NCBI RefSeq assembly: GCF_009914755.1
Contig: NC_060927.1
DNA: 64,000 nt
DNA from: the human T2T-CHM13v2.0 reference genome, Homo sapiens
Reading direction: 5' to 3' (one strand)
Shown: one piece after another, positions 55,586 through 64,000 of the stretch
Layout of the letters: the number at the start of each line of letters is the position of its first letter
Position numbering within the stretch: the stretch's first letter is position 1
Position numbers and translations under genes: made by a program
The notes under the pieces: generated by a model
What the model saw: only the letters and a program-made list of their open reading frames with translations
What the model was told of the DNA's origin: nothing
The model's database searches: none

Positions 55586-58529
55586 GCAACATATTCTTAC
55601 ACTGTGCTTTATGGGGCTCTGTTTGTTAACTTTCTTTTCATAGGCTGTCTAACTCCTCTTGCTCAAACTCATCTCCTTACCAAAATGTTTTTTGATTTTT
55701 CAGGACTTGAAATGTCTCTCTGAATATGTATTATCCTCAAATTTATTAAGCTTTCATTTATTTATTCACTTAACAAGAATTTACTGAGCATACGCTATGT
55801 ACAATGTACTCTGATAGGAATAAGCACTGGTCCTTGATTTTAAGAAAATCCACATATAATGTGTTTCCTTGAAGCAGGGTAGGGAGATATGACGTAATCA
55901 CCATATGTCATAAATACTTCAAATCAAATAAAAGCATAAAGTCATAAAATAATTTCCAATTTTTCTGGAGAACTCAATTTCTCACTTCCTTGGCAAATAG
56001 CCTCATTGATTCTTTATCATTAAAATTTCTCCTCCACTACCCTTTCCAAATTGAAAGGAATCCAAGGCGCAATTCCAACCTAAGTTTTAAGATCCACCTT
56101 TTTGCAGATGTATTTTATGACTAAATTGCTCTGTCTGTCTGACATAGGTTATTAGCTTCTTGACTAAGATCTATGCCTTTTTTAAAGTCTATCCCTACAC
56201 TAAGCACCAGCTATTTCACAAATAATAAATAAAAAATGGTGATGACTGCCTGAGTCTCCATGATCTACTCACCAGCTTCTAAAATACATCTTTCTTCTGC
56301 TAGAGAATATTGCAAATACTTCGTAGAACAATTGAAAAAGTTAGTTTGGCAGCTCTAACCAACATTTTTAAAAGGCTGAATGAAAGTAGATGGAATCAAT
56401 GATTAGGTAAAGTGATTTTCTGGGACTGTGGAGATTGAGTATAAAGAAATATGGCACCTTATCTGTGCCAACGAAGGGTACAGCTGTTTGGATTCTTATT
56501 TAATCAAATATAGATGAAAGGGAAATTTTGCTTAATAAAATGGACTGAGTCATACACAGTTGGCCCTTGGGCTTTCTCTTCCAGAACACGACTTAGGAGC
56601 TGCATTTGCAATTTTTCTCAGTCAAAATGACCTCGGATTCCCAAACCCTCGATACGATCTCATCTATTTCCCTGAGATTGAAATGAGAATACTTAAAGCA
56701 CTACAGGTTTCATGACAAAGTGTCACATGTGGCTTGGGAGCTCTGATGGGAGGAACTGTACTGAGATCTCATTGGGTGGGCTGAACAAGGATAAACCTAT
56801 ACCCTGTAATCATTTTCCTCTGAATTCACTTGGGCCTTAATATTATGGTTCCTTCATTTTGGAGTCTTCACTCTTGCTTAGACCAAGACCATTTCCACAT
56901 AAAGCTAGCCATGGCTATTAAAATGCTAATATGCAGTCAGGAAGCCAAATGTTTGGATTCATAGATGCAAATTTTAAGTTATCAGAAAAAAATTAGACAA
57001 ATATCTAGTTGCCTCTAAATTGCTGTTTGGCATAAAATAAACAAGTATTTAACTTCTTCAGTGAATGTATTAGTTTTATTTAGTCAGCCTCATTACAATT
57101 AAACACTGTTTACATTAGGACTCCTCCTCCTTAATCTGTTTTTTTCTGTTGCTGGAAATTTGACTATCTTAAACTTTGTAAACCTAAACAGGCCCATATC
57201 TAAACTTTTTGACCAACTTAATATATAAATAGAAAAGTGATAGACTTTAAAAACAATTCTTGTTTCCATATTAGATTATCAGATAATATTCAGATCTGGT
57301 GATATTCTATGTTGATTTTGAAGGTCATAAAGCTATAACTCTATTACATATACTCCTTATTTATGTATAGTAATTTGTACAGAGTGAATAGAGCTTAGAT
57401 GTACAGGCCATCAGTAATGATAACAAAGAAACTTGTGCATATTGGTTTGGCAAGAAAGCATTTAGACTGCCACCAATTCAGTTTGTGGCATAACATTTGA
57501 AACTGGCGCAAGAGAGCACATGCAGACCTACATAGTACTGAGGGTTCATTTTCCACCAGGATGTCCCCAGCAGTATGGAACCCTCATGAGTCACAGGTTA
57601 TGCTGGAAAGAACAAATGTCTGGAAGATCAGTTCTCCTTGAAATGAGGTGTGATTTAAGATTGTGATTGTTAGTGATTTAACATGGTGTTTTTGTGTCAC
57701 TTGTCTAGATTACCATGGGCTGGTATATTTCAGGTCACAAAAGTTTGTTTTGAGGATGCTTTAAGGTTCTTCACATGTGGTTTATGGACAATCAAAGTTG
57801 TCATTGGAATAGTGCATCTGTTTCTAAATAAAAACATGACAACCTCTCAGGTTGAGAACAGCCACAAGGTAATATTGAGAAGAACTCAGCGACTAGCTGT
57901 CATTTCAATAGAAAAAGAACATCAGATAGACAAAATGGATAACTATAATAATAGTTATATTTGGAAAATCAGTCCCAAACAAATTTTCTCCTTTCAGTTA
58001 CACAGCTGTATGTTCTATGTCAGTGACATTTGATTTTGTTTGAATTTGACCCAGCCTGTTGCAATTTTAGTAAAAGTGGTCTCTAACAATGGTTTAAAAA
58101 ATTCTTTACAGGGGAACTTTGGACAAGCACTCAAAAAAAATTCCTTCATTACAACCATCTCTACTGTTTATATTTGATAATGTTTGTCAAGTAAAATAAT
58201 TGAATTAATTTTCATATGTCTTGCTCTTCCTTATTACTTGCTAAATTTTACCCTCTGTTCTTGGGCCTAGCTAAAAGACACAGAGAACAGAAATGTTATA
58301 TGGACTACAATTTCATAATGTATTAAATGTACAGTTTATTATTTCCAAGGACCTGTAATATTGGTGCAGTATTCTTAATAATGGCTGCAACTGACCCTAT
58401 GAAATAGTGTTGCACCCACCAACATTCCCTTTCCAGTTCAGCCATTGCAGGGTGTTGGGACCTATTCAGAATTCCCAGAAAACCTGAGATGTAATGAAAT
58501 ATTCTTGTAGACTCCAAGAAAGTTCACAG

Positions 58530-58640
58530 GGTTTATTCATTTGTTGAACAAATATTCCTTGAGAATAAGACATTGGGAATACAGTACTGAACAAAGTATA
58601 AAATTCCCTCCTCTCCTGGAGCATTTGTCCTAGTGGGAAT
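58530..58640 (-). mobile_element. L2 3' end fragment
   Basis: TTCATTTGTTGAACAAATATT...GGGAATACAGTACTGAACAA. Confidence 0.45.
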
Positions 58641-59333
58641 TTGAATGAAACCAGACTCCATGGACTTTCCAGGACTGACAGCATCCTGCAGAGGCCTAAA
58701 CAAAATTCTCCACCAAGTTCAATAATCTGCAAAACAGCTGATCCAAATTCCAATTCAGATTCTATTTTCTTAGAGAGTTGGAAATCTGGAATGGACTAGA
58801 GATTGGAAATCTTATCTTTCAATGGGACTGCAGAGGTGGAAGACATAATATAGTCTCCCAATCTTACTGTCACTCAGGTTGTTGAAGTGGGCCCTGAGGG
58901 ATGTGTGGAATTTTTTATCCAAGATAAAATAATAAAATAAAAACAACAAAAAAGCAAAAACAAAATCAAAACAAACTTTGTTAAATATCTATTTCTCATT
59001 ACAGTTCTAGGTGCCATACAAGAGTATTGTGTAGATTTTGTCCTTGCCTTCCAGGATCTTAGGAATTATTATTATAGTTTGGCTGACAGCACAGACCCTC
59101 TTTACTTAGGAATGTGAGATTTAGAAAACTATAAAGAGATTTGGTTATGAAATACAATGACTTATGCAATTTTCATGTGCAATCTTTATCCCTACACAGA
59201 CCAGCTGGCTAAAGTTGATCATTGCTTGTAGGCTTTTTGTACTTGGTGCCCTTGTCAGATGTTTGTATAATAATATCAAGTAAGGCTTCTGCCTAGATTT
59301 CCCTCCGTAATTGTCTCTGGTTTGAATTCATAG

Positions 59334-59684
<351 letters not shown>

Positions 59685-61854
59685 TGAATTATTTTTATAA
59701 ATTCCTAGCAATTATATAAAATGTTATAGCAAGGTTTGCTTTTATTGGTTCTTAATATTCTAAATTTATTAAAAGATTAATCTTTACCTATAAAAATATG
59801 AGAAACAGGCATATTAAAAGAGATTTAGAAACAGCTTGAGACAAAATTGTGAGCATAATTTGCTAAATTGATGGCAATATCAAGATAGTGCCAATGGATG
59901 AAAAGATGAAAGTGGACCAATCTGTACAAACTTCTATAAAGATTCAGGAATGGAAGCAGCCACCACCCTTTAACCCATGGATGGTCTGAGGAATCTATGA
60001 AAGCCATAAATGGGAATAACATTTTTGACACATCAGAAATGGAAGGACACTGGAAAGAATTTTGTAAAGTTTGAGAGTGCCTAAGTTTTAAGTTTATGGA
60101 CCTTGATCAACAAACTTGAAATTTGTATGATATAAAGAAATTTAAATCCTGGATGAACTGTCCTTAACCACTTCTAACTCTACACCCTGCCTGCTCTTAA
60201 GGTCCAGTGTGTGCCACATCAGCTGATGTCACTGACAAGTGATTGAAGGTTTCTGTTAGACGATGGCTTTACAAAGAACCTTTCTCTATTGATCTGGCTA
60301 TGTGTGACACAGCCACCAGAAGTCTCTTGCCTGTTCAGTCTTTCCTTTATTCATTTCTCTTCCTCAGAGACATAGAGGACACCTGTTACTGTGTTGGTGC
60401 AAGAAATCTGTCTCTAATGACCTTCTATTGAGCCAGGAAGCTGTATGTCTGTGGCTAGCCCAATTATATCACAGGCTAGACAGGGCACTTTATGTTGGCC
60501 GTGGCGAATGGGCCAGGAAGCAATATGATAAATCTTTATGATAAATCCCGATTGTTGGACAAGAGGGAAAAAGACCCCTAACCTTACCCCAATTTTCTTT
60601 TTCATTAGTCTCCTGATACTATCTCCTGAATAACATTGAATGTAAGCAGCCTATAAATATTGCACAAGTCTCCAATACTAAAAGCTGATAAAGTTTATTG
60701 TACTTATAAAATAAATAGAAGGAAATGCTTTCAGTTTCCTATTTACAGGTCTCTAGGGAAATCTCAGGTAATTTATTGCTTCAATTTTAAAAATGTATTC
60801 TCCCTTCATGCATGCTCTTTTCTTACTCTCCTTTTTCCCTCTGGTATTTTACTCCTCAAGCACAGCATGCATGGGATCATGCACTCAGACAATGTCAAGC
60901 CTTATGTTACATATTCTTATTGTGGCATTTTAAAAATTGGCTCTAAAAATAATTATTTTATGTTTCCATTTTTTTTCTTTATTTCTTTCCCTCCTAATAT
61001 TCCTTTAGTTAACATAGGACTCATTTTTCTACTATGTTTAAGCTTTCTTCCCTTTCTATGTTTGTATTCTGGAATTATCACCTGTATAGCCGTGATCTCA
61101 TAAATTTCTAAGATTAATGTATGACTGGTACTCTGCAACTAAAAATTTAAATGTCCATTTCCAGTGATGCTCACACAGCATTGTCATTGCTATAGATGGA
61201 GAAAAGTCTTCTGAGTATTTGATAAATAGAATCTGAATTTCAAATGCTCCAAAAAAGGCATGCAGGTTGAGAGGGCTTAGATAAACCTCTGGTCTCACAG
61301 CTGGTCCTCTTATTAGTTAGCCATTGTTGTTCACAGGTTCTGGAAACTTGGTCTTTCACTGGACATTTTTTAAAAAGGCAAAGACTGTGGGGATCATCTG
61401 ATATGATATTCCTCTCATTTGCACTGCTCATGATTTCATTATTTCTGAGGTGCCACAGTTTGAAAACAAGTTTGGGCTTGAATTATCACCCTATGTTTTT
61501 GGAATCAATGTGCTTTTAAACTTTCCTTCATTAATTGCACTTCACACCACCCAATATCCTGCAATTCAGAGGCAGCAGCAGCATCTTAGTTTTAGGATGA
61601 GATGGGAAAGAATAGTGTTTGTATGTTTTTATTTATTATAATGAACAACTGAAAATGAGGTTTTCCAAGAATGCTGGCTAAAGACTTTAGAAATTGAGAG
61701 CTTTACTAAGGGAGGCTTTTAAAACCTAAACGTATCTTTATCCATTCCATTTTCAAGAAGGTTGTTTATACTTATATATAGAAGAGTTTGGAGGAAAACG
61801 ATGAATACTATTTTAGAACATTAATGAAGTGCCTTGTTATTTATTATTTTAAAA

Positions 61855-62090
61855 TAATAATACCTTCCATTTATTGGGGCTTACTATGTGCAAGAGGTTG
61901 AGATGTATTCCATACCTATTTTCTTATTTAAATGTAATGAGAAAACTGAAAAAAAGCTGTTCGTTACCAATTTACAGAAGAGAAAATGGAATTCAAATAT
62001 GTGATATAACTCACTCCAGGCCACATAGGTAGTAACTGACAGGGCCAGGTTTGAAACTTAGCACTTTTTGACTCCAAATAAATGTTTTAT
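61855..62090 (-). mobile_element. MIR
   Basis: CATTTATTGGGGCTTACTATGTGC...ATTTACAGAAGAGAAAATGGA. Confidence 0.65.
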
Positions 62091-62971
62091 CCAAATGTAA
62101 TTTTGAATGTCCTATTTTGAGTCACTATCTAGTTATCTCTGTGATAACTTTTTAAATATATTATGTAAACATTTCAAAATTGTTTGCTTTTTTATTTTCT
62201 GATTTTTGTTGGAGTAAGAGAAATCTGGATAACACTTTGCTATGCTTCATTTTTCATTAAAAAAGCATCATGCTCTTGCAACAGTAATAACATAAATAAG
62301 AGAAATATTACTAACCAAACACCTTACACACTTTTATATTAGCATGCAAAATTTATTTTTTAGCTCTAAAGCTTAAGAAGCAATTTTTTACCTATAATTA
62401 TGGATATAGAAGAAATCTCTGTAAATTACTCAAAAATATTTTATTTATCTTGTCTAATCCAAGATGTAACTCTCTGCCCAGTAAGTTCTTACATAAGTCC
62501 CAAATTTGAGTAAAAATAAAATGATTTAAACTGTTAGTCACAAATAGTATTGATATGCAGTATAAATACAGTACCTTTTGATAAAGTAGCAAACTTCTAA
62601 ATTAGTTACTCAAAGATTTGTGTAGTTGGGTCCAAATTTATTTCCTTTTTCCTTATTGCATAGCACTGTTTTTCAGTCAAATTGGTCTCCAGATCAGTTT
62701 TCTGTGTTGTATTCCATCTGAAATGTCTTTTCTCCTGCTAATTCCCTTCCATTCTTCACATCTTCCTGTGTTGTTTTTGGCTCTCCATATATATAACTAT
62801 CTTGTTCTATCATTGTCCAACATCTTTTTTGTCAGTGGTTATAAACATCTTTAGCAAAACTAGATTTCCTCCTTTTTTTCCCCCCAAAAAATGTTTTATC
62901 CATCATTTTTTTCCCATTCTATGTCATCCACATTGGAATAGATTTAGTTCTGAAACCAGATTTTTAGAGTG

Positions 62972-64000
62972 GATTTTAGTTTGAAGAACAGTTTTAGATA
63001 TACAGAGAAATTAAAAAGATAGTGCAAAGATTTCCCATGTATCCTGCACTCAGATTTCTCCTATTAACATTTCACATGATTAGTATGACACTTTTGTCAC
63101 AATTAATAAACCAGTACTGATACATTATTATTACCTAAAGTCTATAGTTTACTCAGCTTTCCTTAGTTTTTACCGAATGTCTTTTTCTGTTCCAGGATCA
63201 CATCCACGATTCCATATCACAGTTTTCATGTCTCCTTAGGCTCCTCTTGGCTGCAACAGTTTCCCAGATTTTCTTTGTTTTTGTTTGTTTGTTTGTTTGT
63301 TTGTTTGTTTTGACATTGACAGTTTTTGAGAACTGGGTAAGTGTTTTATGGGATTCCCCTCTACTGGAATTTGTCTGGTGTTTTATTAATGGTTAGACTG
63401 GGGTTACTGGTCTTCGGGAAAACCTCAGAGAAAAAGTACCATTTTCATTGCATCATATCAAAGGTTTATAGAATCAGTATGATTTATGGTTGTTGATATT
63501 GACCTTGTTCTCCTAGCTGAGGTACTGTTTTTCAGGTTTGTCTACTGTAAAGTTGCCCCTACTTCCTTCCCATACTGTACTATTTGGAAAGAAGTCACCA
63601 CGTGCAGCCCACACTTAGGGAGTGAGGATTTATGGGGCCCCTCCTGGAGTGCAGAGTATTGACATTAATTATTTTGAGTTATTTTACAAGGGATATTTGC
63701 TCCTTCTCCCCTAATTATTAAGTTATTCAATAATGTATTCATATCACTAAGGACTTACGGATATTTGTTCTACACTTTGTGTTATAGTCCAATATTAGTT
63801 TATTTTATTCTTCAAATTGTTCCAGCTTTGGCTATTGGGAGCTTTCAGTTGGCTCCGGAGTTGTCTCTTTGACACACCCTCATCATTGTATGGATTTTTT
63901 GTTTGTTTTGTTTTGTTTTTTGAGCACTTCCTCACTTCCTGGCACTATAAGATGTTCCAGGCTCATCGTACACATTTCCTGTCCCAGTAATAAAATCAGC
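62972..64000 (-). mobile_element. L1MC-like 3' UTR, continuing beyond the window
   Basis: CAGTTTTAGATATACAGAG..., ACCAGTACTGATACATTATTATTA, TGTTCCAGCTTTGGCTATTGGGAGCT. Confidence 0.8.

Noticed and set aside
60660-61103. 147-aa ORF resembling a membrane protein
   Set aside because: Non-ATG start, T-rich low-complexity codons, no recognisable domain

Overview
This is primate (most likely human) non-coding genomic DNA: AT-rich, CpG-depleted and made up largely of interspersed repeats. I recognise no host protein-coding exon, RNA gene, CpG island or CRISPR array. The only ORFs with real homology are LINE-1 ORF2 C-terminal fragments. Main content: about 15 Alu elements (J, S, Y and monomers), four 5'-truncated L1PA insertions (two with twin-priming 5' inversions), several solo LTRs, a degenerate ~6.1-kb two-LTR ERV-L provirus (LTR16-type LTRs, tRNA-Leu PBS, pro/RT/IN remnants; 42.7-48.8 kb), hAT and mariner MITEs, and many L2/MIR remnants. 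I found no convincing new gene system. The most unusual signals are structural: four separate patches of fold-back or templated sequence at or inside repeats, a 36-bp duplication across 1.6 kb carrying a MEF2-consensus site, and two independent L1 inversions with adjacent breakpoints in ORF2. Repeat names come from recalled consensus sequences, not a search. Boundaries of old repeats are approximate (tens of bp).
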